The position numbers were made by a program, and so were the translations under genes. The notes below the pieces were generated by a model. It was not told where the DNA came from and did not search any database. It saw only the letters and a program-made list of their open reading frames with translations. This document shows, piece after piece, positions 27,467 through 36,454 of a DNA stretch of 54,425 bases (the first letter of the stretch is position 1; the number at the start of each line of letters is the position of its first letter). Source of the stretch: an uncultured Elusimicrobiaceae bacterium. Its GTDB lineage: Bacteria > Elusimicrobiota > Elusimicrobia > Elusimicrobiales > UBA9959. The stretch covers positions 1 through 54,425 of the forward strand of contig CAZPMW010000002.1 of assembly GCA_964587805.1 (NCBI GenBank). Direction: 5' to 3'.

Positions 27467-28345
27467 ATGTTCTCCATAGATACCTGGAACGTGCCCGGGG
27501 CGGCGATAGAAACGCGGGTTTCTAAGCTGGACGGGACCGTGAAGCTGCTGTTCAGATTCAGCGACGGGGCGCCGGCAGAGAGCGTGGTGCTGTTCAACAA
27601 GGGCCGGGCCTCGGCCTGCCTTTCATCGCAGTCGGGATGCGCCTGCGGCTGCGGGTTTTGCGCCACAGGGGCGCTGGGATTTAGGCGCGACCTCACCGCC
27701 GGGGAAATTCTGGGGCAGTTCGCCGCCTGCCGGGCGGCCGCCGGCGGCGCGCTTCAGAGCATAGTGTTTATGGGCATGGGCGAGCCCTTCCTGAACTGGG
27801 AGAATGTGAAAAGAAGCATCCTGGAACTTTCCGATCAAAAGAAATCAAATCTACCACAGAGCAGGATGACCGTATCTACCGTCGGAGTTAATCCGGGGAT
27901 AAGGGCGCTGGCGGAATCCGGCCTTAAAGTGAACCTGGCCGTATCGATCGTCACGGCCGATGAGCGGCAGAGGGCGAGGCTGGTTCCGATGAGCGACAAA
28001 TATCCCTTAAGTTCCGTAATTGACGAGTCGCGCGATTATTGCGAGCGCTCAGGGCGGGCGGTGTTTTTCGAATACATATTGTTCGGCGGTCTGAACGACG
28101 CGCCCGCCGACGCTGAGAAGCTTGTGGCGCTGGTTTCCGGCGTAAACTGCAAAATAAATCTGATCAGATATAATCCGTCCGGAAAAACCGGATTTTCGCC
28201 TGCCGGCATGGATAAGGGGAAGGAGTTCCAGAAAATACTCATGGCCGCCGGCCTGAGGTCCTACCTGCGCCGGGAAAAGGGCGCCGATATCGCCGCAGCG
28301 TGCGGCCAGCTGGCCGACGGCGGACTTTATAAGGACCGCTTATAA
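27467..28345 (+). CDS. RlmN/Cfr-family radical SAM RNA methyltransferase, short form lacking the usual N-terminal domain
   Basis: 292 aa. 'ACLSSQSGCACGCGFCATG' (CxxxCxxC plus the upstream Cys), 'FMGMGEPFLN', C-terminal 'AACGQL'. Confidence 0.75.
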   Translation: MFSIDTWNVPGAAIETRVSKLDGTVKLLFRFSDGAPAESVVLFNKGRASACLSSQSGCACGCGFCATGALGFRRDLTAGEILGQFAACRAAAGGALQSIVFMGMGEPFLNWENVKRSILELSDQKKSNLPQSRMTVSTVGVNPGIRALAESGLKVNLAVSIVTADERQRARLVPMSDKYPLSSVIDESRDYCERSGRAVFFEYILFGGLNDAPADAEKLVALVSGVNCKINLIRYNPSGKTGFSPAGMDKGKEFQKILMAAGLRSYLRREKGADIAAACGQLADGGLYKDRL

Positions 28346-28372
28346 ATGCTTTGATATAGCCGAGGCGACGCC

Positions 28373-29017
28373 ATGATGGATAACAATAAAAAATCTCGGT
28401 TCGTTCTGGGCATAGCGGGCGGCTCCGGCTCCGGCAAGACCACGCTGGCCAGGAGGCTTATAGAGGAGTGCAGAAAGATCGGCGTGGACGGCCAGCTTTT
28501 TTCGCTGGATAACTATTATCAGCCGCTGGACCATCTGGCCTTTGAGGACCGCAAGGCCTATAACTTCGACCATCCGGACGCCATGGATTCCGCGCTGGCC
28601 ATCAAACAGCTGACGGAGCTCTGCGCCGGGAACGGGATACAGCAGCCGCTCTACGATTTTAAACTTCATACGCGCGAGAAAGAATCAGTTCGCTGCGAAC
28701 CCACGCGGCTGATAGTTATAGAGGGGCTGTACACTCTGTATTTTCCGAAGCTGCTGGCCTTATGCGACTATAAGATCTTCGTCTCAACCGGCATGGTGAC
28801 AGCCATGCTCAGGCGGGTCCAGCGCGATATTACCGAAAGGGGCCGCGATATTGAGGGGGCAAAGCACCAGATCCTCGCCACGGTCATGCCGATGTATGAG
28901 ACCTATGTTAAGCCGACGCAGCGTAACGCTCATTTCTCCATAAACTGGGAAGGCGAAGAGATCCCAGGCAAGGCTACCGAAGGCCTGGTCCGGATGCTCC
29001 GCGACCATTTCCGCTGA
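28373..29017 (+). CDS. udk: Uridine kinase
   Basis: 214 aa. Walker A 'GIAGGSGSGKTT', 'YYQPLDHL', 'NFDHPDAMD', 'IVIEGLY'. Confidence 0.85.
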   Translation: MMDNNKKSRFVLGIAGGSGSGKTTLARRLIEECRKIGVDGQLFSLDNYYQPLDHLAFEDRKAYNFDHPDAMDSALAIKQLTELCAGNGIQQPLYDFKLHTREKESVRCEPTRLIVIEGLYTLYFPKLLALCDYKIFVSTGMVTAMLRRVQRDITERGRDIEGAKHQILATVMPMYETYVKPTQRNAHFSINWEGEEIPGKATEGLVRMLRDHFR

Positions 29018-29294
29018 CCAGGGTCTGTTTTTCCGCCAGAGATAAATCCGCCGGCATGTCCGCCGGATAGTCAATCGCGCAAACAGAGCATTGAAGCGTT
29101 TAAGCAGCGTTCCCACTCACACGGATCAAGTCTTCTGTCACTGGGTGGACCACAGGAGATTTATCACGCCATTCTTATAATCGCATAATTCCCGAAGGGA
29201 AGGCGGAATTGGACAACAAATCAACAACCTTCCCGGCTGCCGTAAAACCGGAAAGGTAAAGAGTAAGGACCTGCCTCCATCCAAGGACGTCAAT

Positions 29295-30953
29295 ATGTTT
29301 GTTCCGAAGTTGTTTGATACTCTTAAAGATTACTCCAAACAGCAATTTAGCAAAGACGCCATCGCCGGCCTGATAGTGGGCATTGTTTCCATCCCTCTGG
29401 CTATCGCGTTCGCCATCGCCTCTGGCGTCACCCCGGAAAAAGGACTCTACACGGCAATAATTGCCGGATTTATCATCTCAGCATTCGGCGGCAGCCGGGT
29501 TCAAGTAGGCGGCCCTACCGGGGCTTTTGTTATTATCGTTTACGGTATTATACAGCAGCACGGTTACAATGGTCTGCTTGTTTCCACAATCATGGCCGGG
29601 GTGCTGCTGGTGATATTCGGGCTTTGCAGGCTCGGTTCCCTGATTAAATTCATTCCGTACTCCGTCACTATCGGTTTCACATTCGGGATAGCTGTGTTGA
29701 TATTCATCGGGCAGATACCGGATTTCCTGGGGCTTGGTCTAACCAATATGCCTGCCGATGTGGTTGAGAAAATTGTGCTCCTGGTCAGAAATCTTGATAA
29801 GGTTAATTTCTCAGCAGCGGGATTGGCCGCGTTTACGATAGCGACTATATGGTTTTCAGGTAAAATAATAAAAAAAATCCCCGGCTCATTGTTAGCCATT
29901 TTGCTGGCTTCTCTGATCGCCTACGTCTTGGGGTTGCAAGTAGAGACCATCGGTTCCAGATTCGGGGCTCTGCCAAGCTCCCTGCCGCGCCCGGCCCTGC
30001 CGACATTTGATCTGTCTGTTATGAAAGCCCTGCTGCGCCCGGCTTTTACTATCGCTATTCTGGGCGCCATTGAGTCGTTGCTGGCGGCAGTGGTTGCGGA
30101 CGCAATGATAGGGGGACGCCATCGGTCGAACATGGAGCTGATCGCACAGGGCGCTGCCAATATTGTCAGCCCTCTTTTTGGCGGGCTTCCGGCAACGGGG
30201 GCCATCGCCCGCACGGCTACGAATGTGAAAAATGGCGGCAGGACCCCGGTGGCGGGGATGGTCAGCGCCGTTACGCTGCTTATGGTAATGCTGTTCCTGG
30301 GGGGGCTGGTTCAATATATCCCTTTAGCGTGTCTGGCGGGGATATTGATATCAGTGGCTTATCACATGAGCGAGTGGCGCGCGGTGCTGGGCAATATCCG
30401 CCTATCGAGAAGCGCGGCCGTGGTAACGGTAATGACGCTGTCCATTACCGTTTTCGTTGACCTTACCGCCGCCATTGAAATAGGCGTTGTACTTTCCGCC
30501 ATAACCTTCATCAGGGGCATGAGCGCATCAACTAGTACAAGACTAGTGAAATCTCTTCATGATGAGGATGCCGAGACCGAGACCGATTATATTGATGACG
30601 AACGCATTTCTAAGCGGCTGCCGGAGGGGGTGGTACTTTACGAGATCAGCGGCCCTATGTTTTTTGGGGCCATTCACAAATTTATAGATGTCATGGAGGA
30701 AATACATAATAATCCGGCCGTGATAATCCTGAAATTTACGCATGTTCCGTTTATAGACAGCACCGGCATTAACGCTTTGAGAAAAATTATTGAAACGTTC
30801 AGGAGCTCAGGAACAAGATTCGTGTTTTGCGATGTCCAGCCGCAGGTTCTGCTGCGCCTTGATCATGGCGGCATAATTGAAACAATAGGCAAAGAAAATG
30901 TTCACAAAGGCCTGAAGGCTATAATGGCCAGGGAAAACTGGGCCATTGTTTAG
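29295..30953 (+). CDS. SulP-family inorganic anion transporter with C-terminal STAS domain
   Basis: 552 aa. N-terminal 'YSKQQFSKDAIAGLIVGIVSIPLAIAFAIASG', multi-TM core, STAS region 'VIILKFTHVPFIDSTGINAL'. GC content is clearly lower than in neighbouring genes. Confidence 0.85.
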   Translation: MFVPKLFDTLKDYSKQQFSKDAIAGLIVGIVSIPLAIAFAIASGVTPEKGLYTAIIAGFIISAFGGSRVQVGGPTGAFVIIVYGIIQQHGYNGLLVSTIMAGVLLVIFGLCRLGSLIKFIPYSVTIGFTFGIAVLIFIGQIPDFLGLGLTNMPADVVEKIVLLVRNLDKVNFSAAGLAAFTIATIWFSGKIIKKIPGSLLAILLASLIAYVLGLQVETIGSRFGALPSSLPRPALPTFDLSVMKALLRPAFTIAILGAIESLLAAVVADAMIGGRHRSNMELIAQGAANIVSPLFGGLPATGAIARTATNVKNGGRTPVAGMVSAVTLLMVMLFLGGLVQYIPLACLAGILISVAYHMSEWRAVLGNIRLSRSAAVVTVMTLSITVFVDLTAAIEIGVVLSAITFIRGMSASTSTRLVKSLHDEDAETETDYIDDERISKRLPEGVVLYEISGPMFFGAIHKFIDVMEEIHNNPAVIILKFTHVPFIDSTGINALRKIIETFRSSGTRFVFCDVQPQVLLRLDHGGIIETIGKENVHKGLKAIMARENWAIV

Positions 30954-31039
30954 GCTGACTTAATGCGGTCATGTGCGGCGGAATCGGGGTCAGGCCTTTG
31001 CCTTGATTTCGGGCAGCGATAGGAATTTAAGGCGGTTTA

Positions 31040-33523
31040 ATGACCCGGCTTCCGATACTGGATAAGTCTGAAGACATATTGCGGGCGGCGGCGCGAAGCC
31101 GCCGGCTGATAATTTCCTCGCCTCCGGGTTCCGGAAAATCCACTAAAGTGCCGCAGCTGTTGCTGGATAGCGGAACGCTCAAAGGCAAGATAGCCGTGCT
31201 GGAGCCGCGCCGGCTGGCGGCGCGGATGCTTGCCGCGCGCGTGGCTGGCGAGCGCGGCGGAATACCGGGCGGAGAGGTCGGGTACCGCGTCCGCTTCGAG
31301 GATAAGACCGGGCCCAAAACCCGCATCATCTTTGAGACCGAAGGCATCATGTTGCGGGAGCTTGCTTCGGACCCGCATCTTTCCAAATATTCTGCCGTCA
31401 TACTAGACGAATTCCATGAGCGTCATATCCACGGGGACCTGACCCTGGCGGCCTGTCTCGCGCTTCAGCGCGGGCCGCGGCCGGACCTGCTTGTGGCGGT
31501 AATGTCGGCCACTATCGACGAGGGTCTGCTGGCGGAATATATGGCCCCGTGCGAAGTTGTATCCGCCGGGGGTAAGATGTACCCGGTGCGCGTCGTTTAC
31601 GCACACGAAGCCGTGTCCCGCCTGCCCCCGTGGGAGGCCGCGGCTAAAACCTGCGAGCGCATTCTTCCCGCCGTTAACGGCGGTCACGCTCTCGTCTTTA
31701 TGCCGGGGGTGTTCGAGATACGCAGAACGGCTTTGGCGCTGTCCCGGCTCCCCGCCCTTTCAGATTTCGCAGTCATGCCTCTGCACGGCGAATTGCGGCC
31801 GTCAGAGCAGGACGCGGCGCTGGCCCAGTCAGACAGGCGCAAGATAATAGTCGCCACGAATATCGCCGAAACCTCTCTGACCATAGACGGCGTCACCGCC
31901 GTAGTGGACAGCGGCCTGGCCAAAGTGGCGCGGTTCGAAGGCGCGCGCGGCATCAACACATTGTTCACCGAGGCGATACCGGCGGCTTCGGCCGAGCAGA
32001 GAACCGGCCGTGCCGGCAGAACCGCGCCAGGCGTCTGCGCGCGACTTTGGACCGAACGCGAAAACGCTTTCCGTCCCCCGGCTCTGGAACCTGAAATCAA
32101 ACGTCTGGACCTCAGTGAGGCTCTGTTGACGCTGAAAATATGCGGCTTCCCGGATTTTAACTCCCTGCGCTGGCTTGATCCGCCGCCAGCGGCGGCCGCT
32201 GAACGCGCCGAACGCCTGCTGCGGGATCTTGGCGCTATTGACGAACGCGGGGGGCTTACGAGAGACGGCCGGGCCATGGCCGGGTACCCGCTTCATCCCC
32301 GCTATTCGCGCATGATGGTGGAGGCATGCCGGCTGGACTGCTCCTATGAATGCGCCCTTGCGGCGGCTGCCGCTCAGGGGCGCGGTCTGCGGCTGGAAGG
32401 CGGGGGAAATATGCGGCCCGGCGCGGATCTGCGCTCCGATCTGGCGGGTGTAGCGGAGGCGCTGGATTTATGCGCCGCCTCCGGCTTTACCCAGGACGCC
32501 TGTCTGCGCGCCGGTATGGACCCCGGAGCGGCGCGGGAAACATGGAAGCTGGCCAAACGTCTCGCGGGAGACGCGCATCCGGCCCGGAGCGGCGGGCTCT
32601 CGCGCGCGGCGCGGTGCTTTTTGCGCGCCTTCCCGGACCGCGTGGCCGCGTTGATATCCGGTGAGAAGGGGCACTACCGGCTTACCGGGGGAAAGAGCGT
32701 GCGCATTAATCCAAAGAGCGCGGCGGCCGGGGCGCCCCTGATCTGCGCGGGAGAAGCGCTTGAAACCCCGGGCCGGGCCGGCGCGGATATAACTCTTTCA
32801 TTCGCCGCGGAGATCAGCGAGACCTGGCTGCGCGAAGACTTTCCCGGGGACGTTAAAACCGTTTCCCGTCCCGCGCTGGACAAGGAGATGCGCACCCCTG
32901 TCACCGAAACGCTTACTGTGTACCGCGGCATAACGATACGGAGCGAGATCTCCGGCGCCGCCCCCGACCGGGCGTCTTCCGGCCTTATAGCGGAGGAGTT
33001 CATCAGCGGACGCCAGAAATTAACAGCCTGGAACGAGGACGCCGAGGACTGGCTGGCGCGCGTGGAATTTCTTGCCCGGGCCTGCCCCGACCTCGGGCTG
33101 GTTCCGCTGGATGAGGAGGATGTCAAACTGATTATCGCTGACGTCTGCGCCGGGGCGAAGAGCGTGGCCGACGCTAAAGGGCGGCCGGTTATGGGCGCGC
33201 TGCAGAGCTGGTTCGGCCCTGAAAAGAACAGGCTGATAGAACGGCACGCTCCGCGCAGGATAGAAATGCCGGGGGGGCGCAGGGCGAAGGTCAGCTATCC
33301 GCGCGGACGCGAGCCGTTCCTGGAGGCGAAGATACAGGACCTGTTTTTGCTGAATGAAACCCCGCGCATCGCGGCCGGGCGGGTCGCTTTGGTGGTACAC
33401 ATCCTGGCGCCTTCGATGCGCCCGGTGCAGGTGACAAAAGATCTGAAAAGCTTCTGGGCGGAGAGCTATCCGAAGCTGCGGCCCCAGCTCGCCCGCCGCT
33501 ACCCCAGACATAAATGGCCGTGA
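31040..33523 (+). CDS. hrpB: ATP-dependent RNA helicase HrpB (DEAH-box)
   Basis: 827 aa. 'PPGSGKST', 'DEFHERH', 'SATI', 'TNIAETSLTIDG', 'QRTGRAGR', and an HrpB-type C-terminal domain. Confidence 0.85.
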   Translation: MTRLPILDKSEDILRAAARSRRLIISSPPGSGKSTKVPQLLLDSGTLKGKIAVLEPRRLAARMLAARVAGERGGIPGGEVGYRVRFEDKTGPKTRIIFETEGIMLRELASDPHLSKYSAVILDEFHERHIHGDLTLAACLALQRGPRPDLLVAVMSATIDEGLLAEYMAPCEVVSAGGKMYPVRVVYAHEAVSRLPPWEAAAKTCERILPAVNGGHALVFMPGVFEIRRTALALSRLPALSDFAVMPLHGELRPSEQDAALAQSDRRKIIVATNIAETSLTIDGVTAVVDSGLAKVARFEGARGINTLFTEAIPAASAEQRTGRAGRTAPGVCARLWTERENAFRPPALEPEIKRLDLSEALLTLKICGFPDFNSLRWLDPPPAAAAERAERLLRDLGAIDERGGLTRDGRAMAGYPLHPRYSRMMVEACRLDCSYECALAAAAAQGRGLRLEGGGNMRPGADLRSDLAGVAEALDLCAASGFTQDACLRAGMDPGAARETWKLAKRLAGDAHPARSGGLSRAARCFLRAFPDRVAALISGEKGHYRLTGGKSVRINPKSAAAGAPLICAGEALETPGRAGADITLSFAAEISETWLREDFPGDVKTVSRPALDKEMRTPVTETLTVYRGITIRSEISGAAPDRASSGLIAEEFISGRQKLTAWNEDAEDWLARVEFLARACPDLGLVPLDEEDVKLIIADVCAGAKSVADAKGRPVMGALQSWFGPEKNRLIERHAPRRIEMPGGRRAKVSYPRGREPFLEAKIQDLFLLNETPRIAAGRVALVVHILAPSMRPVQVTKDLKSFWAESYPKLRPQLARRYPRHKWP

Positions 33524-33541
33524 TATTAAAAAGTTACGGCG

Positions 33542-34606
33542 TCATCTGCGCCATACCGGCCTCAGCTTTATTATCGCCCCGAAGGCCCTGCCCGCGTCCA
33601 TGACAACAACCACGTTATCTCTTCCGCCGGCAAGCTTTACCCGGAACGGAAGATCGGCCGCGGATTCCCTGCCGTTTACCGAGATCACGCATTGTTTGAC
33701 GGCGGGATCGTTTGAAGCCAGAAGCAGAGATGTCATGGGCCCGGGCTTTAGCGTTATTCCCGGGTCCCTGTAAGGCCAGTCAAAATCTCCGGCGGAACCG
33801 GAGAAGTCAGAGCTCCTGGAGGCCTTATCCCTGGTGAAAGCATCCAGCAGGTGAAGGCGTTTTTCATTGAACACGATTTCTGTGCCGTCCCTGCCGTGAT
33901 CAAGGCGCGTGACTGCGACCGGTTCGGAGAGGAAATTGTTCCTCAGGTAGTACCTATAGTAATAATACAGCTTCAGCTGGTCCATGGTTTTCGCCCGGCT
34001 TCTGGCGGGGTCCAGACTGACGCCGCTGGCTGCATTTCCGACAAGGCGCTCATGGGCCTCGCGCGCGCTCAGGAACTTTCCGTTCTCTTTGACGCTATAG
34101 TCGAAAGTGGGATCCATTATTATCCATTTGCGCAGTTCCTTTATGTAGACCTCCACGGTGAAATGTCCCCCTGCGTTATTACTGGCGGCGAGGTCGGCAT
34201 AGCGCACCGGTATGCCCAGCGCCTGGCAGGCCTGCCCGAAAATTATTCCGCGCTGGCCGCAATGGCCGCCGGTTCTGCCGGATCTTATCCAGTCAAGGAT
34301 GGTCAGAGCGTCCCACGGCGGATACGGCTCGGGGTAGTTTTTATCCCAATGCATTCCCGCGACCCAGGACCTGAGGAACGAGGCTTTTTCAAAGTCCGAG
34401 GCAAGGCCGCGGACGCGCGCTTCAATATTCTCTCTTTCCAGGAGGAGGCGCAGACGCGGGTGGGCGGGATATTCCGAATAGAACGTTATGGCCGGTGAGA
34501 TGTTCTGGAAAAATGTGACGGAGGTTACCGTGTGCGTATATCGTCCGGCGTAATAAAGACAGCAGAAAACACAGAACAGTGTTATCGCAGCCCGGCGGAG
34601 TTTCAT
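33542..34606 (-). CDS. Transglutaminase-like (Cys-His-Asp) domain protein with N-terminal TM/signal anchor
   Basis: 'GGHCGQRGIIFGQACQALGIP', 'GGHFTVEVY', 'IMDPT'. The start is moved to ATG 34606 (GGGGGAG RBS), just after the scpB-like stop. The track start at 34645 would overlap that gene by 35 nt. Confidence 0.65.
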   Translation of the reverse strand: MKLRRAAITLFCVFCCLYYAGRYTHTVTSVTFFQNISPAITFYSEYPAHPRLRLLLERENIEARVRGLASDFEKASFLRSWVAGMHWDKNYPEPYPPWDALTILDWIRSGRTGGHCGQRGIIFGQACQALGIPVRYADLAASNNAGGHFTVEVYIKELRKWIIMDPTFDYSVKENGKFLSAREAHERLVGNAASGVSLDPARSRAKTMDQLKLYYYYRYYLRNNFLSEPVAVTRLDHGRDGTEIVFNEKRLHLLDAFTRDKASRSSDFSGSAGDFDWPYRDPGITLKPGPMTSLLLASNDPAVKQCVISVNGRESAADLPFRVKLAGGRDNVVVVMDAGRAFGAIIKLRPVWRR

Positions 34607-34610
34607 TCTC

Positions 34611-35390
34611 TCACTCCCCCTTGAACGCGGGTTTTCGCTTTTCAAAAAAGGCTTTGATGCCTTCTTCGTAATCGTGGCTGTTGTATACCTTGCGCCGCAG
34701 CGCCTGTATGCGCTCGAACGCGTCCGCGGTTATCGGGTGCGCTTCCGACAGCAGCCTGAACTGTTCTTTTATGACCGCCACGGCTAAAGGCGAATTGGCG
34801 GCTATCACTGCGGCCAGGTCCAGCGTGAACTTTTCTATCTCTTTGGAGGAGATCAGGTGATTCAGGATGCCGAAATGGTAGGCGCGCTCGGCTTTGACCG
34901 GCTCGGCGGTGAAGAACATTTCCTTGGCTATGCTCAAGCCGACGCGGTTGATGAAATGAACGATGCCGGAGGCGTTGTAGGGCAGGCCGATCTTGACCGG
35001 CGTGATGGCGAAAGTGGAAGTTTCGTCTCCGATGGCGATGTCGCAGGTTACGATGATATCCGAAGCGCCGCCCCAGACGCCGCCCTGCACCAGGGCGATT
35101 ACCGCGCCCGGATATTCCTGTATGGCGCGCAGAACCTTTTCCATGGGGCTGTCGTAGGCAAGCGGGTCGTGGCTGACCTTGGGCAGCTGCCGGATATCGT
35201 GCCCGGCCGACCAGACCCTGGCGTCGCGGGGCGCCCGGATAATGACCACCGGCGCCTTGAGGCTCTTTAAATTTTCCAGCGCTTCCAGCAGTTCGTCGCA
35301 CAGCTCAAGACTGAGCGCGTTGCGCTTTTCCGGGTTGTTCAGGGTGAGGATGCCGATCTTATCTTGGAACTCGCGCAGTATCAATGACAT
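34611..35390 (-). CDS. Enoyl-CoA hydratase superfamily, methylmalonyl-CoA decarboxylase (ScpB/YgfG)-like
   Basis: 259 aa. From memory it is colinear with E. coli YgfG: 'VWSAGHDI..LP', 'VWGGA', 'TPVKIGLPYN', 'PLAVAVIKEQFRLLSEAH', 'ERIQALRRKVYNSHDYEEGIKAFFEKRKP'. Confidence 0.7.
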   Translation of the reverse strand: MSLILREFQDKIGILTLNNPEKRNALSLELCDELLEALENLKSLKAPVVIIRAPRDARVWSAGHDIRQLPKVSHDPLAYDSPMEKVLRAIQEYPGAVIALVQGGVWGGASDIIVTCDIAIGDETSTFAITPVKIGLPYNASGIVHFINRVGLSIAKEMFFTAEPVKAERAYHFGILNHLISSKEIEKFTLDLAAVIAANSPLAVAVIKEQFRLLSEAHPITADAFERIQALRRKVYNSHDYEEGIKAFFEKRKPAFKGE

Positions 35391-35440
35391 AAAATCTCCT
35401 TAGTGACCGCATCAACCGGTATAATTGTATAATTTTAGGC

Positions 35441-36412
35441 ATGACCACCTATAAAAAATCCGGCGTAGATGTTAAGCTGTCAGACAAATTCACGGAATTC
35501 CTGCAGAAAAAATCCAAGGCCATAGGCGGCTTTGCGGGGTTGTTCCCGGTGGCGGAATCAGGGGGGAAGTACAGCATGGTGGCCTCCACCGACGGCGTGG
35601 GGACAAAGCTGAAGCTGGCTTTCCTGCTGGACAGGCACGACACCATCGGTATCGATCTTGTGGCCATGTGCGTGAACGACCTCCTCTGCTGCGGCGCGCG
35701 CCCGGCGATTTTCCTGGATTACTACGCCACAGGCAAACTGGACCTGGCCCGGTCCAAAAAGATCATAGCCGGCATCCTAGAGGGCTGCCGGCAGGGGGAA
35801 TCCGTTCTGCTGGGCGGTGAGACGGCGGAGATGCCGGGCTTTTACCGCCCGGGAGAGTATGACCTGGCGGGCTTTTCCGTGGGGATAGTTGAAAATAAAA
35901 AAGCCATCGACGGCTCCGGCATCAGGCCCGGCGATGTGCTGATCGGCCTGAAATCAAGCGGCTTTCACTCTAACGGCTATTCCCTCATCCGCGCGGCGCT
36001 GAAAGGCGGGCTTCTGAAAAAGCACGCGCGGGAGCTGCTGATCCCGACGCGCATCTATGTGAAGGATATCAACAGGCTGCGCGCCGCGCTTAAAAAAGAG
36101 GGGCGCGACGTTCTCGGGCTGGCGCACATAACCGGCTCCGGCATATCCGGAAACCTGGAGCGCGTGCTGCCTAAAAAAGTGAATGCGGTGGTGGATAAGG
36201 GCGCCTGGCGCGTGCCGGCTATAATGCGGCTGGTCCAGAAGGCCGGCGCTATCCCGGAGCCTGAGATGTGGGACGCTTTCAATATGGGCATCGGTATGAT
36301 AGCCGTGGTGCGCGCCGACGCCGCGCGGACAGCGTTGAAAACTCTCAAAAACGCCGTGGCGATAGGCCGGGTGGTCAGGGGGACCGGTAACGTTGTAATA
36401 GAGCAGGCGTAG
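35441..36412 (+). CDS. purM: Phosphoribosylformylglycinamidine cyclo-ligase (AIR synthetase)
   Basis: 323 aa. 'ASTDGVGTKLKLA', 'DLVAMCVNDLL', 'GGETAEMPG', 'SSGFHSNGYSL'. Confidence 0.9.
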   Translation: MTTYKKSGVDVKLSDKFTEFLQKKSKAIGGFAGLFPVAESGGKYSMVASTDGVGTKLKLAFLLDRHDTIGIDLVAMCVNDLLCCGARPAIFLDYYATGKLDLARSKKIIAGILEGCRQGESVLLGGETAEMPGFYRPGEYDLAGFSVGIVENKKAIDGSGIRPGDVLIGLKSSGFHSNGYSLIRAALKGGLLKKHARELLIPTRIYVKDINRLRAALKKEGRDVLGLAHITGSGISGNLERVLPKKVNAVVDKGAWRVPAIMRLVQKAGAIPEPEMWDAFNMGIGMIAVVRADAARTALKTLKNAVAIGRVVRGTGNVVIEQA

Positions 36413-36454
36413 CGGGAAGGATTTGGTAAAGGGGTTGCGCAAGAGGAATACATC

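Noticed and set aside
29018-29294. Riboswitch upstream of the SulP transporter.
   Set aside because: I compared it by eye with the ykkC/guanidine, fluoride and other ion-transporter-associated motifs I remember and found no conserved core. Only generic hairpins are present. A cmscan run is needed before any claim.
34642-35301. 219-aa same-strand alternate-frame ORF inside the scpB-like gene.
   Set aside because: The translation is Arg/Gly/Pro-rich with no domain signature. The overlapping frame has end-to-end similarity to YgfG-type decarboxylases.
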